A DNA stretch of 59,029 bases, the filler included, from Trypethelium eluteriae (taxonomy: Eukaryota), in NCBI GenBank assembly GCA_051942245.1. It is 2 parts of 2 records of this genome, joined end to end, with 100 filler letters (N's around TTAATTAATTAA, not from the genome) between each part and the next. Parts side by side here need not be neighbours in the genome. Positions count along the whole stretch, not along the records: positions 29,669 to 59,029 come from JAVECL010000293.1; 1 more part is not named here. One strand, given 5' to 3'. This document shows positions 45,501 through 58,878 of the stretch, piece after piece. How positions within the stretch are numbered: position 1 is the first letter of the stretch; every line of letters begins with the position of its first letter. Both the position numbers and the translations under genes were made by a program. The notes beneath the pieces were generated by a model. The model had not been told where the DNA came from. It saw nothing but the letters and a program-made list of their open reading frames with translations, and did no database searches.

Positions 45501-48500
45501 GTATCAAGTTCATTAACAAAAAAAGTGATCCGACGAAGGTCCTCAACTGAAACACCTGGAAATGCATGTCTGCAAATGGTCATAAGGTCTTCGTGGATAA
45601 GAGGGTCAGCATATACAACTGTGAAACGATTTACGAAAGATGCAGGGAGGCCTTTGCGGCCACTGCCCTGATGATGCGGATTCTGGGCAGCAAAGAGACG
45701 GAAGTCGGAATGGCGGCGAAAGGTCTGATCGAGCTCCGAGATATAGACCTCGCCTCTATGGTCTAAACAAGCGTTCAGACCTTCGAGTACTGACTGCGAA
45801 GCCAGATTCATTTCATCGAGTAAGACCCAGTCTCCCCTCTTCATTGCACGCAAGAACGGAGCGTCTCGCCAAGCAAAAGTACCGACAGCAGCACCATCAG
45901 CCGGAACATCAGAGCCAAAAAGATCCATGAGATCGGTCTGCTCAGAGAGGTTGATCCGTGTCAGTGGCTTTCCGACGAATTTAGCCAACGCGGCAATGAG
46001 TGTTGTTTTTCCGACGCCTGGATTGCCCTCGATAAGAATTGGCTTAGGTGACTGTAAGGCACGGAATATGCGCATTGCGTTCGACTTTGTCGTGGGAGCC
46101 AGAAGGGTAAACCCAGTGTCGGGTTCGGGCTGTCCAGCCAGTGGCACAGAAAACGGTCCAATTTGCACCTTTGACTCTTCAATCCGGATATCGATGCTTA
46201 TCTTGTAGAAGTCCGAGAGATCGGATCCTAAGAGGGCTCCAAGTTTATCCAGACAAGCATGTTTCTCTTTTGTGAGACTTCCAGAGCTACCGATCAGAAG
46301 TCCAGATGGGTTCGCCCCTAAGGTATCAACATACACCATCGCGGCGCCATGGACGATCCCAAAAATTTGGTTCGATGCACCAATGAGGTTGATGAAATCT
46401 ACCCAGGCGAGCATATCGCGGAGGGAAATCAAAGATGCCGAAGATGACCTATATCTGGACGTGAACCATTGTGCGAACTGGACAAGTGTAGGTGCGAATT
46501 CTTTCGCCGGTTGGAGAAGTTTAGCGTCTACGATTTGGAGCATGTCTTCAGTATCTGAAAAGGAAGGCACCCAAATCTCCGTGAACCGATTTCGTAAGGC
46601 AGCTGAAAGTTCCCGCTTGCCGTAATCCCCACCAGGATTCATTGTAGCCATGAACTGAAAGCCTTTCGAAGCAACGATCAACGAGTCCACCGGTCCCTTT
46701 TCCGCAAGCAAGAGGGTCCGTTGTGGTTCTAGGACGCTATTGAGTCGCTCAAGGACAGCATCATCGGCCAAAGAGATCTCATCAAGCAGGAACAAGTTAC
46801 CGGTTTTCATGGCTTCCACAAGGCTTCCGTCAGCCCATTCAAATAAAGCATTTGCTTTTCTCCGATTTGTGCGGATGCGGGACTGGAGAGCTTCGGGCAA
46901 GACCTCGATGTCTTGCTTCGAAGACAGCTGATCGTATAGAACCAGCATAGCATCCAGAGACTTGTCGCTCGTTGCTTCATGGCAGCCCAAAACGCTAAGA
47001 GCAGTCGTCAAATCAGTATGGAGGTGGCTTTCCAGGATAGCCCGATTTCGTAATGGCCGCTGTGCGCCGATGAGATCTCCAGTTTCGGTATTTTGATGAG
47101 CGTTGACAGTGAAGAGGTGCTTTTCGAACGCATCGGCCAGCATCTGACATACTGTGGTCTTTCCACATCCAGTCTCGCCAATCAGAAGTACGGGCTCATT
47201 GTTGCGTACGGCATGTGTGAGGAGAATGAACAACCTTCTCATGGCCTTCGTCCACACCACTGCAAATCTCTCTGAACCAGTCTGCCTCTGGTAGTGCCGT
47301 ATCTCGGGAGACTTTTTTATCGCATAGAGATCATCTTCGTTGATCCTAATTTTTGGACCACGCTTATTCACGACCCGTTCTATGACATCTTTAATAGCTT
47401 CTCGTTCGTCTGGCTTCCTTACGCGCTCTGCGAGCAGCATATAGCCATGAGCGGCGAATTCCTCTTTTGTCGTCGGGCTCCGAAGGGCCCATCGAAAGAG
47501 ATCCCTTAGTGTTGCGAAACTCTTTGATTCGAACAGTCGATTCTCTTGTCTGAGCACGGAAAGCTCTTTATACACGTCGACGATGTGAGTGCTCCAGGAA
47601 GGTGGGATCTGTGTTCGCTGCTGTAATATCTCGTTGAGCTCATTGACCGGAATATCGTCGAAGTGCAATTCCAGGAAACGATTTCGGAATGCTCTTGAGA
47701 GTGCTTTGCGGCCTCCATATAAGCCGACTGGATTTTGAGTGGCAAAAAGCATAAAGTCCTCATGTGGACGAATGATTTCCTGAGTCTCTGGAATGAAGAG
47801 CTCGCGGTTATCATCAAGCAATCGGTTTAGCGCCTCAAGGACATCAGTCGGGGCCAAGTTGAGTTCATCAAGCACAATCCAGTGACCCTCGCGCAAGGCC
47901 TGCACTAGCACACCTTCCTGGAAATACAGACGCCCATTTGCGTCAGATACGTATGTGCCGAGATACTCTTGTAAGTCAGTGTGTTCATGATTGTTGATCC
48001 GAACGAATTTATTGCCAGACTTCTTCGCAAGGTACTCGATCATACTCGTCTTCCCTGAAGATGTCGGACCTTGCAATAAAACTGGAAGACGTCGAGTCAA
48101 CGTGGCTCGAACCAAATTATCGAGATTTTGCCGAACAAATGGAGTGATGATGTAGTGTCGCTGCTGCTCGATGTCGAATTTCCCTCGCCGGAGCCAGTAA
48201 CTCGACTCTTGTACATATTCACGCCCGTCCACTGGTCTTTTCAATGGCTTTTTTAATTCGGCTCGGAGGTTGGCCTTCTTCGGGAAAACGCCAGCGATGT
48301 GCGGGCTGACAAGATTGTTCGAGTCTTTGTTCAAAACCGTGCAAAAACTCATGTGAAATCCTTCATACAAGGCACGATAGATGCCCCAAAGTGGTGCAAC
48401 GTCCCGAGCGAAGGCTAATGTACGCGTGAGAGTTCGGAGACTGTAATGCGGCTTCTGGTCTGCGCCATCCACTAGGCGATTCTTGTTGCTAAGGGATTGA

Positions 48501-51220
48501 ATTTCCTGATAGAGAGAGGCTATCTTTGCAAGAAGAACTGTATTTACAGATGTGTCGGATCCCAGATAGGCATCGACGATGGCCTGCAGACTGTTTGTGT
48601 CTTGATCTGGGCTTTCGACAAAAAGCTCGGTGAATCGCGATCGAATTCCAGGTGGGAGTTCTTTCTTGCCAATGTCGGTAGCTGGATTCATTGCTGCGAA
48701 GATACGAAAGTCGGGATGCGCTTCAATCCGTCCGGCATCCCCTTTCTCAGTCAACATGATAAATGGCGATTCGGCCTCACCACCGAATAAATCGGCTAGT
48801 GCATCCAACGTTTCGGAGGTGGCAAGATTGACTTCATCCAGCAGTACCCAGTCGCCATTACGGACCGCCTTCACAATGTTGCCTTCAACGAAGGAAAATG
48901 CGAAAGCGTTCGACCCTGCACTAATCTGTCGTTCGAGCAATGTAAGCTCAGTAGCAAAGTGTCGCCACTGTGCTCTCGTCTTTTCAGTAATGGCATCCAC
49001 TTTTTGCCTCTTCTTAGGTGGGTCAGTTTGTACCGAGGCTACCGACTGCTTGGTTTGAGATTCTACCATACGAAGAGCTTCCTTCCACAAGATACAGACA
49101 CGATTCCATTGTCCTTTTGCAAGGCACTTTGATAACGTGTCCAGATATTTCTGATTTTTCTTGAGTGAGAAGGAAGATCTGAAAAGATCGTCGAAAGTGT
49201 CTTTCAATGGAACCACAAGACTTTGAATGGTCACTGGTTTGTATCCCCCCAGCATATCACCACTCTCGCTCTGCTGGGATAGATTGAAAGCATGGAGCCT
49301 TTGGCCAGATTGTTGCGCCAGGTGCTGGATGACAGTAGTTTTACCTGTGCCTGTTTCTCCCACCATCAAGACAGGCTCTTTGTGCTGAATGGCAACTGCA
49401 ACTCGCTCCAATAATCGCATGGTGTGTCCATTTTCTGCAAACGGAGGAGCGTTGGGACCAATAAAGTGTCGTGGGATCCTACTGCGTTGAATCTCGGCCC
49501 TACCAATTCGCAGAACTTCCTTAGTGATGGTTCTTGTTGGTAGCAAAGTTTTTAGCAGGAGGTCTCGCCTTTTCGGGTCGATGTGGAATTCCTCCGCACT
49601 GCTTGAAATGATAAGGTCGCGCGCATTTCCTGACTGAAAATTTCCGGCGAAACAGTCGACAGCCTCGAGGAAAATTTTATCTCTCTGATCATCGGTATAA
49701 ACGTCGCGTTCTTTGACTATATTCTTAATTCTTCGGCACCACTTGAACAGATCCCTTGGGCTTAGCATCTTCAGCGTGCCAGTCTTGTTCTCGGCACCAA
49801 AAGAGGGCTGGTTGAATGTGTGCAGCAAGTGACTATAGGTAGCTATGACTTGCGGAACGTGTTGGCTCAAGCAAGGGAATAGTGCAAGGGTGATCTCTTG
49901 TAGCTCGGAGATTGAAGGTGTGGAGACCTGGACATGCTGCCAGAACCGACTTCCAACGCTATGAAGCTCTGTTCTTGACTCCTCTCCTCGGCTGTTAATG
50001 GTCGTGCGTATTGTGCCAATGATACGGAACCCTCTTGCAGCTTTTATTCTCTCGCCACGGGCCGGGATAAGAAGTTCCCGGCGCTCGATCAAGGGGAGGA
50101 GGGTGCTAATTATCTCGTTTGGCGCGCGATCAAGGTCTTCAATTAAAACCCATCGTCCTTCTTTTACGGCTGTAGTCAGGACTCCAGCCTTCCATGTAAA
50201 GGTTCCGGGCGTCGAGCCAGAAGTGTGCATTCCAATCAACAGCTTCGCATCACTTTGTTCGTTTAAATGAAGTGTTATCATGGACCGTAATTTGTTTAGC
50301 TTTCGAGCAAGGTGCTTCACGACAAGTGTCTTTCCGGATCCTGAGAGGCCTGTCAAAAGGATTGGATCGCTCCGCAAGAGACAATCGGCGAAGCTTCGGA
50401 CGTTTTGTGTAGTCGTGCGGGTCATATGTAGTCTTGTAGAATCAGGAGTTTCTTCACCAGCTCCAGGCAATTTCGGAAGAAGTAAGCCGTGTACCTCGGC
50501 CGTAAGCGGACATAAATCCTCACGAGTGATCATAGCTTCCATGAACGCTTCTGGAGGATCTTGGAGTTTAAGAATGTTGTCGTGATCTATCAAAGATTTC
50601 CGGATATCGGCATGCCGTTGTTCCTCCCAAAGACCGAAGTGTCGGTAGTTAATTTGCTTACCCTCATATAAGCCGGGAATTGGTTCATCTCCAAAGTGTT
50701 TAGAGATAATATTTTCCAAAGCAGCATCCGCAGCACGTACGTAGAGGCAAAGGCTTCTAATAGCAAGATATCGGACGTGCTTCGATGGATGTGACAAGAA
50801 TCCCTGGATCGTAGAGGCGTGCACATATCGTCCGAAAGTGGCATTGTCAAATAGGATCAGACGAAAAGTGCCCAGTAGATACTCTCTTGCTTCGATTTCA
50901 CCGATCGCAGAGAAGTCCGGGGGTTTCTGGGACAGATCGCCAGCTTGCTGCAGGAAAATTTCTGCATGTTCGGCCAAATGAGGAACAAAAGGTAGTACTC
51001 TGCCGAAGGCACCTAGGATGGCCCAGTGAGATGGTGAAGATCTCCATCGTGCGCACACATCCGCGAATATGGGTTTAAAATGAGCAAGAAGAACATCGGT
51101 GTTTTGAGGATCCAAAGCTAACTGAGTAATCCCTTCAAGAAGATTCGGTTTGCGCATCAATTCACGAAATAGGTCTGGGGCTCTCCCGGAAAATTTCTCC
51201 AAGCTTTGCGAAAAATCCAT
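36556..51220 (-). CDS. MDN1: Midasin (Rea1/Mdn1) AAA ATPase for 60S ribosome biogenesis, ~4850-4870 aa
   Basis: Six AAA Walker A motifs (GLSGSGKT, GETGTGKT, GPTSSGKT, GETGCGKT, GNPGVGKT, GSTGTGKT), a long linker, a D/E-rich tail, and a C-terminal MIDAS domain (GDFRTGKRLNMKRIIPY, AIDDSSSM, IISDG). Intron 44059-44005 joins the two large ORFs. Confidence 0.98.
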
Positions 51221-51819
51221 GCTGTACGAAGTTGATGAAGTGGTGAACTGGAAACCGATGGATTAGAAAGTGTAAGGTCTAGGGTGCTGACCTCTGTAGA
51301 TTCTGCGCTAATACAAACAGGGTAAGGACCACATGCTTCCCAATGTTACTCATTGCGAAAAAAGTGTTCGCTCGCTGGCATGGGAAAATTGCTGGGGGTT
51401 GCCCGACATTTTTTTCCTATAATACGGATTACTGCATATGCTATCTAATACTCATGTCGATGGAAAAGTCTTATGCATGATCTCTACAAGTCGGAGATAA
51501 GTATCCGATTTCGACACTCCTGCTTGAACATCTCTACCTTACATATCCTAGACTTTCGAGTAGTGGTAATCATTCATGTTCTAAATTTTATTTAACAAAT
51601 ACAATATGAGATTTGAATGCAATGAGACCTTTTTGGAGTTCGCTAAGGTGTGGACGATGGTGTCCATGGAGGTATCGAATTCGTATAGATGCTCCACTCG
51701 TAGAGATGACTTTTTGGCGCGGCTAAACTTCGGGAGGTTTGACAGGGAGATCTCCCAAGAAATAATCTTTCACGATATCAAGGTAGATAACTTCGTGCGC
51801 ACTCCTTCAGCTACGAACC

Positions 51820-52435
51820 ATGTCACAGCCGTGTCAGAGGGCTTTAAGGAGACAAGTTCTCGGGCTCTCAAAACTTCAGCGACCTTCAATCAATTGCTGC
51901 GGAACCACTGCCGTCTGCAGATATGCGGCTTCACGACGGTGGCAGTCTACGGAAGTCGGAGCTCCCAGCAATCCGAAAATCGCTGGTATCGTTGATCAAA
52001 TCAGTCAGTTAACGCTGCTCGAAACTGCGGATCTCGTTTCTACACTCAAAGTACGATACTTGGTCCTTCATTCCCTGAGCCTTCTCTAACAGCCAATGCC
52101 AGACCCGTCTTAACATACCTGACCTTCCAGTCGGCGGATTCGCTGCACCGCCCCCTGGTGCTGCAAATCAAGCGGCTGCTGCTGCTGAAGAGGAAGAAGA
52201 GGCACCAGCGGCTCGGGAAAAGACCCTTTTTAATCTCAAACTCCAATCCTTTGACGCCGCAGCGAAGCCCAAAGTTATCAAGGAGATTAAAAGTATGTTA
52301 GGCTTGAGCTTGGTGGATAGCAAGAAATTTGTGGAGAGCGCGCCAAAGACGATGAAGGAAGGCGTACCGAAGGAAGAGGCGGAAAAGATCGTAGAGGCGA
52401 TGAAGGGACTTGGTGCGGTTGCGGTGATGGAGTAG
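51820..52435 (+). CDS. MNP1: Mitochondrial ribosomal protein bL12m (L7/L12), 2 exons (51820-52050, 52103-52435)
   Basis: Presequence, then KIAGIVDQISQLTLLETADLVSTLK-TRLNIPD, an Ala/Glu hinge, and EKTLFNLKLQSFDAAAKPKVIKEIKSMLGLSLVDSKKFVESAPK...LGA. Confidence 0.93.
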
Positions 52436-52687
52436 AGTGGAGGGGAAATGTATCATTGGCATATCATTGGCGTTCGCATTTTGTACAAATATGGACGATC
52501 ATCAGGCTTCGTCGAAATGAGCCGATATCCACTTTCTTGCTACTGTTCCACGCTATGAAGAGGTATCTCAATCTATCAGAACGCCATTCCATGCAATTTC
52601 CACGCCACTCCATGCCAAAACTTCCATGATCGTCCTTTTAAAACGCCCTCAAATGCATATTCTGTTACCGGACCTCGAGACCATTAT

Positions 52688-53510
52688 TCAGCTCGCTCCT
52701 GCAATCTCAACCCTCTCTTCTCTCTCCTCCGTCATCAACAGGAAGTCATCCTCATTCACATCAACCGTCTCCTCCCACATCCTATCAAACTCGTCATCGC
52801 CCTCCCCACTGACCGCCCAATACATCTCCCGCTGCCGCTTTCCCCTCTCCCGATCTTCCTCAATCCTCTGCTCGACCTGCCTCTTGTCCAGCCTCGCCAT
52901 CCCATTCCTCACCGTCGGCGTGCTCCCCACCGATATCCTCCCTCCCAAACTGCCCACGCCCGATGGCGCGCCCGGCGCATCTATCCCGTTCGCCACCTCA
53001 AGATCGCCCTCGCCCCCGTCGCCACCCTTTCCACCCAGCGTGTCCCGCGCATCGAGGCGCTCGCTCAGTTCAGATATGGTGGTGACGGAAAGGACGTCCT
53101 TGGACTGGAGAGAAGTGAGGACTTTGCGGGCGACCTTGACATTGGCAGCGCCAGACCCGTCGGGAGGTGCAACGGCGTCAACGATGTGGGTGATGTCGCG
53201 CTGGATCATGGCGGTGAAAGAGGGGTGGGACTCGCGTTGGGAGAGGTCGCAGAGGTGCTCGATGAAGTACATGATGTTGGCACGGTTGTTCATGTTGTTC
53301 TAGGGATTATGGTTAGTTAGTGGAGGAGGCAATTGCTCAGAGATTGATCCATGCCTTTTCAAGTTGCTCCAGTATACAGGAGTGCAAGTCCTCGTCCATA
53401 TCCCGGTATTTGAGGGCATAGTTGGCGGCTTTCTGAGCAGACGTGACGGAGGCATTAAGATGTTGAAGTTGAGTGGTAAATCGCATGCGAACTTCGAATG
53501 GGTCCGCCAT
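52688..53510 (-). CDS. CTK3: CTD kinase I gamma subunit Ctk3, 2 exons (53510-53355, 53299-52688)
   Basis: MADPFEVRMRFTTQLQHLNAS...DMDEDLHSCILEQLEK-NNMNNRANIMYFIEHL, with C-terminal IEQ/EQRIEEDRERGKRQREMYW. The 55-nt intron has a GC donor. Confidence 0.92.
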
Positions 53511-53765
53511 TTTGAGAGAGGGAGCTACAGACGGGACTATCCCAGTCAACTTGTCAGGAGATGGATATTGCGAGGCTGGAACATGTTTCGTACCCTTTTT
53601 TAGTGGGCTCTTGGGCCAGGCGCTCATGGCACACCACATTCCACCTAGGACCCTGCATCCCCGGTAAAAAAAATTATCGATAAGAAATCCGGTGTGACTT
53701 TCCCTACAAAACATAAGAGTACATTTGGAACTTTTTAGGACAGACCCAAGGTCGCTCGCCCAATC

Positions 53766-54875
53766 ATGGCACAAATAAATGGAAATGGAGGCTTTACGCT
53801 CACAGTTCTTGGTTGTGGTGAGTCAATTGCTGGATGGGATTTGAGAGCACCGTTGCACCTCTTCCATTGCATGACCCTTGCAGTCGTATCTATTTTACAA
53901 TTGAAAGATGAAGCGGCATTGTCTAATGATCTTCAAGGTACTATGGGAATAGCCATCCTATCTGGCATTTTCTCTGCATTAGATTCCCTCCAAGTCAATC
54001 TTTCGCAACCCAAGTCTCGTTCCGGTACATCCACTCCAGCGTCTTCGGTCGACCTTCCACTGCGCCTCCCTTCCCGTTTCGTTGCTTGCGTCCGACGGTC
54101 ACAGTCGGTGCAACGTATAAAATCCTCGCTTTCATCCTCAATGACTTCGCTAGAAGTCCTGGAGAATGAAAATCTACGGGGTGTCCAAGGAGCCGATGTC
54201 GTGCTCCTTGGGTGTAAACCACAAATGGTTGCTGGAATTCTGTCTGCGCCAGGAATACGCGACGCATTAAAGGGCAAACTCCTGATTAGCATACTAGCAG
54301 GTGTCTCTGTTTCACAAATAGAGGAGATACTGTATGGATCGAGCAGCGATGAAGACCCGGAGAAGCTTGGGCGGTGCAGGATAATCCGCGCCATGCCGAA
54401 CACAGCTTCCTTTGTTCGCGAATCTATGACGGTCATCGCGAATTCCATACCTCCACTACCCCAAGAACAGGCACAGTTAGTTACCTGGATGTTCGAACGA
54501 ATAGGCAGGGTGGTTCATCTTCCCGCTGCGTCAATGGATGCCTCCACTGCGCTTTGTGGCTCAGGACCTGCATTCATGGCGCTAGTGTTGGAGGCCATTG
54601 CAGATGGTGGTGTGGCTATGGGACTACCGCGGGCAGAGGCCCAAATAATGGCCGCGCAGACAATGAGAGGGACGACAGGCCTTGTACTAAATGGCGAGCA
54701 TCCGGCGGTATTAAAGGACAAAGTGACCACGCCCGGTGGTTGCACCATTGGCGGGCTATTGGTTCTCGAGGAAGGAAGAGTGAGAGGGACAATGTCCCGA
54801 GCGATTCGAGAGGCGACTGTGGTTGCAAGCCAACTCGGTAAAGGTGTAGAAGGCGTGAACGGTACGCGATGGTAG
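53766..54875 (+). CDS. PRO3: Pyrroline-5-carboxylate reductase, one 120-nt intron (53818-53937)
   Basis: Spliced VLGCGTMG Rossmann motif, plus DVVLLGCKPQ, LISILAGVS, RAMPNT, ALCGSGPAF and LKDKVTTPGGCTIGGL. Confidence 0.96.
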   Translation: MAQINGNGGFTLTVLGCGESIAGWDLRAPLHLFHCMTLAVVSILQLKDEAALSNDLQGTMGIAILSGIFSALDSLQVNLSQPKSRSGTSTPASSVDLPLRLPSRFVACVRRSQSVQRIKSSLSSSMTSLEVLENENLRGVQGADVVLLGCKPQMVAGILSAPGIRDALKGKLLISILAGVSVSQIEEILYGSSSDEDPEKLGRCRIIRAMPNTASFVRESMTVIANSIPPLPQEQAQLVTWMFERIGRVVHLPAASMDASTALCGSGPAFMALVLEAIADGGVAMGLPRAEAQIMAAQTMRGTTGLVLNGEHPAVLKDKVTTPGGCTIGGLLVLEEGRVRGTMSRAIREATVVASQLGKGVEGVNGTRW

Positions 54876-55986
54876 TACGCAGTGATCAATGGCATTGACT
54901 AGCGGCCCTACGGAGAGCTCAGGTAACGCTGCAATGGTCCAGGACCAAATTACCTAGCTAATGATGAAAACAACTCAGTCAATTGATCATGAGACCTCAT
55001 CTTGAAGGTTGATTCGCGACAGGGTTCCATGCCTGCTTCAAAGGAAACGCATGCCTAGATGAAAGGACTACTGCCTAGTCTGTACCGTGCCAAGCAGTCC
55101 CATTCCTTGTCACAGATGAGGATATCTTGGAAACTCCGGATTCGCTTCCGAGCTCAAAGATGTCCATGCACACCATAGCCCTGGGCAAGCACACAAGGAG
55201 GAACGTGTATTTACCGCGGTGTGCGGTTCGCCGCCCTGAGAGGGTAAGGTGTTTGGGTCCACCAGCATGTTGTGTCACCCTGACGTCATTTGCGAATCAA
55301 CCTGGACACACGACAAGATTAGGCTACAAATCACCAAATGACAATAGGGATGATTGAAGGATAAGGTATAATCGGCACGCTGCGAATTAGCTGCCCTGCT
55401 AACGCGTAATCTTTAGCGACGCTTCTTCCAGTACAAGTCCGGGAGACGAGACATAATTGCAGGACGCTACTGTAGTTTCCGCTGCGGTGAACGTGTAAGA
55501 ATGATTCCGAGTTGAGTAGGATCATTAAGGTTCGAATGTCACTAACCTAAAATAGCATTTCTCGAGCTGAACACGCTCAGACCCTTGTCGTCACTTCTGG
55601 GGATGATGCCAGTTTGATGCAACATTTGGCCGCTCCAACACTTTTCTTCTCCAAACCCCGAGCTTCATTTGAACCCCTCCCCAGACGTCACGGTCCCACG
55701 CTGTACTCGAAAAACGTAATTCACACTACATCACGAGGACGTTTGAAGCGGGAATCTCCACACGGCAGGAGCTTCCTATCAATGCGCTTCCTCTATATAT
55801 GGCTCCGCCACATCCGTTCGCCTGAGTTTCATCAGTCTTCCTCCAAGCTTGCAACAGCGCCCTCGCAGGTTTATTCGAGTCTTTAACCGCTTTTCAACTA
55901 TTTCACAATCACCAATTGCTACAGGCTCATCCGTTGCACTGAGCCATTACATCCACACACAGGCCGATTTAGAGCAACTTGAACCC

Positions 55987-58166
55987 ATGATGTCGGATCC
56001 CTCAATCCGGAAGAAACCTTCTTGGGTAGAGCCCACACAGAACCAGGCTTTGTATAATCCGTCCCATCCTTCCACCACAAAGCAAACAGTCAGAATTACA
56101 TATAGCAAGAAGGGTACACAAGCTCCTGTTTACATAACAACTTCTCTATCGTCACCACCATGGGAGCCTCTGGAAATGGCGTATGAATCCAAGGGCGAAA
56201 ATCTCGAGTTTTCCAGATATTTCAAGGACGTGGAAGAAGGTACTCATCAGTACAAATTTAGACTGGGTCCTGGGGACTGGTGGGTATTGGATGAGAATGC
56301 CTCTACCGGTAAGACGGCCTGAAAGTGAGGGGCGTTGTCCAAACTGATGCGAACCGTTAGTACACGATGACAACGGCAATGAAAACAATATACTTGTCGT
56401 TCGAGCGGAAAGCCCAACGGATCATCACTTACAAGATAGTGATATGAACGATTCCTCAGAACCTCAAAATGATATGGACGGAGCGGTGACGAAGAAAACC
56501 TCAGAGGTTCCTGCCGTTGTGATCGATAAGGCTGATGCTGAACCTGCACATGGCGATGATCTAGGTCCGGGCGCCTCCGAAGGACAAAAGATTGCTCACA
56601 AGATGCGTGCAGCTGACGCTGAGCCCGACAAAGTAAATGTACATCCGACAGCTTCTGAGGACAGACAGAACGAAGCAAGTTCCAAGTTGGGAGAACATGA
56701 GGAATTGAACTCCACTGCAAGCCGGGATTCCGTGTACGAGAATGCACCACCATTGTTTGCTCACGAAAGGATGAGTGATTCGTTTTCGGAGAACGAGTTC
56801 GATTCTTTGGATACTACCACTGATAGCCCTCAGAATTGGTCTCGGGCCTCCCAAGACCCCGAATTTGCAGCAACAGTTGTCTCTGGCTCTCAGACGCATG
56901 ATGAGTCGCCAAATGAAGGGCCTCCATTATTCACTCACGAATGCGCATCCAGTCAAGAAGATCTACCGGAGTCGTATCTCAAGCCCGGAACCATGAGAAC
57001 CCCTCCCCGACGCCCTTCTACTTTGAAGAATGTTGAATTAGCCAGTGATGACGAAGATGTTGAAGAGCGATCCCGTGATCCATCGATCGAAAGATTTCCA
57101 GATACTCGAGAGGATATCATGATGCATCTTCAGCAGACTGGGTCTCGCCTTGGCCACGATGATTCTGATCGTGTGGAAGGTACACCACCATCGCCTCTGA
57201 TGTCCTCTAGAACGGATTCACCAACGCGTCCCCGATCAGCGTCAAACAACTCGCATCACACCACATCTCCACTTAATGGGATAGTCGAGGATCCAATCGC
57301 TGAAGACGATGAGATAGATAACGATAATGGGGAAGGCAGGGATAGCCTGTCTTCAAGTGGAGCGCCTATTAAGGAGCATTCTAAAGCTTCAACATTGGCT
57401 CCAATCACAAACTCGTTCCAGGAAGAGATTGCTGTCCTGAAGAAGCCCGCGGATAGGGGACAGCTCAATCTGAATACCACAACGCCAGCGGTACTATCAC
57501 CTCCAACACCGCCGATGACGCCAGAGGAAGCGCTTAAGGCTAGTCAACATGCCTTCGCAGCATCTTCGCGTTCTACTCAAGATTACGACAGGACCAAAAT
57601 CCCCGATGATCTCGCTGACAATCAAGGTCTAATAGCCAAAGCGCCCATTGCTAATGGAAATACTATATCTGGAGACACCATTGCGCCCACTCCTCTCATC
57701 GACAGTACACTTCGCCAGCGTCGGCCTAACCCCGATGGAAATCTAGATGAGGATTACATTGCAGAATCGGACAGGAAGTCTTCAAGTTCTGACTCCAAGG
57801 GACGCGCTTTGTCGCCTTCCTCTCACTCTCCACTGCTCCCGAAAGAAAAGGAAGAAAATATGCTGCGCATTCTCTGGCATACTCTTTTCGGGAGTTGGCT
57901 GAATCCACTAAGCCATTGGATTGCAAATCTTTGTGGCGGACGACGGAACACGGCGTAAGTAAGTCCTTTCAGCAGCTACGTTTCGTGTTATCTTCATTTT
58001 CATTGCCCTCCCTATGCGGTAAGCTACTGTGACTGTTGAAGAATATGCACTAAGTAAGCTTGACAGTGGCATCATGGCCATCGGTCTTTGTGCCGCATTG
58101 GCGACCGGCTTTTACATGCGTACAAGCGACGTTCGCACCTCACTTGGACAGGCGAGATGGAACTGA
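55987..58166 (+). CDS. CBM48/AMPK-beta-like glycogen-binding domain protein with a long disordered region and a hydrophobic C-terminus; 3 exons (55987-56308, 56361-57954, 58067-58166)
   Basis: VRITYSKKGTQAPVYITTSLSSPPWEPLEM...GTHQYKFRLGPGDWWVLDE-..DDNGNENNILVV is a CBM48-type fold. The middle region is S/P/D/E-rich. The terminal exon encodes GIMAIGLCAALATGFYM. Confidence 0.8.
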
Positions 58167-58878
58167 ATATTCCGAGTATGAGATTTGTACCATTACCGCG
58201 AATTTCACTGTAAGCCTGTACATCAAGCATTAGATTTGCTTCAAGTGGCATTGCAACCAGGCCTACAGCAAACCTCCGTGGGCAGTGTGCGGGTTGACCA
58301 AACGAGGTTTGCACCTATGGCTCTCACAGGCGTGCTCCAAAATAGATGGCATCACCCAACTCTTAAGGGTTTATTGGGAGTTTTCTTATCCAGTATTGCT
58401 GCTTACAGTCGAAGGCAGCACACAAACTCCACTTTAGAATCAGAATCTATGGTATGGCATGAGACAACGAGACATGGCTTACGGGTTTGGGATGGCGAGG
58501 AGCGGAAGCCACTTTAGTTCTATCAGTAGAGTTAGAGAATGCTGTATTATTTATGTAGTTTATGAGCGCCTGAGCTATATGAAGCTACTTCTAAGAAAGA
58601 GATGACTGCGCCGCAAGAATGCCGAAGCCATCCCGCCTTGCATGCAAATGCTGATATCGATGCAGTAATCTCAAAGAACATTGACTCGAACTATTCTCCA
58701 CGTTAGCATCCACTTCATATTGGCAAGCTGTAGGCTCATTGCCATGTCAGGCTCGCATCGTAGCAAATAATTCCCATCTTCCAGAGCAGAGATTCCTCCA
58801 TTCATCACAAGCCCTCACCTTCCTTTCGAACATCGCATCTTTCTAACTTCCCAGCTTGTTTTGTCCCCATGGTCTACT

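Noticed and set aside
36866..50585. Many 60-200-aa plus-strand ORFs
   Set aside because: All lie antisense to midasin and show no independent motifs.
51221..51819. RRPE/PAC ribosome-biogenesis motifs in the MDN1-MNP1 divergent promoter
   Set aside because: Only partial A/T-tract matches (e.g. GGAAAATT) and no clear GCGATGAG, so not supportable.
52626..53303. 225-aa Ser/Pro-rich plus-strand ORF
   Set aside because: Antisense shadow of CTK3 exon 2.
53511..53774. N-terminal extension of CTK3 in the ORF track (start 53774)
   Set aside because: It overlaps the PRO3 start and promoter; the conserved protein begins at MADPFEVR (53510).
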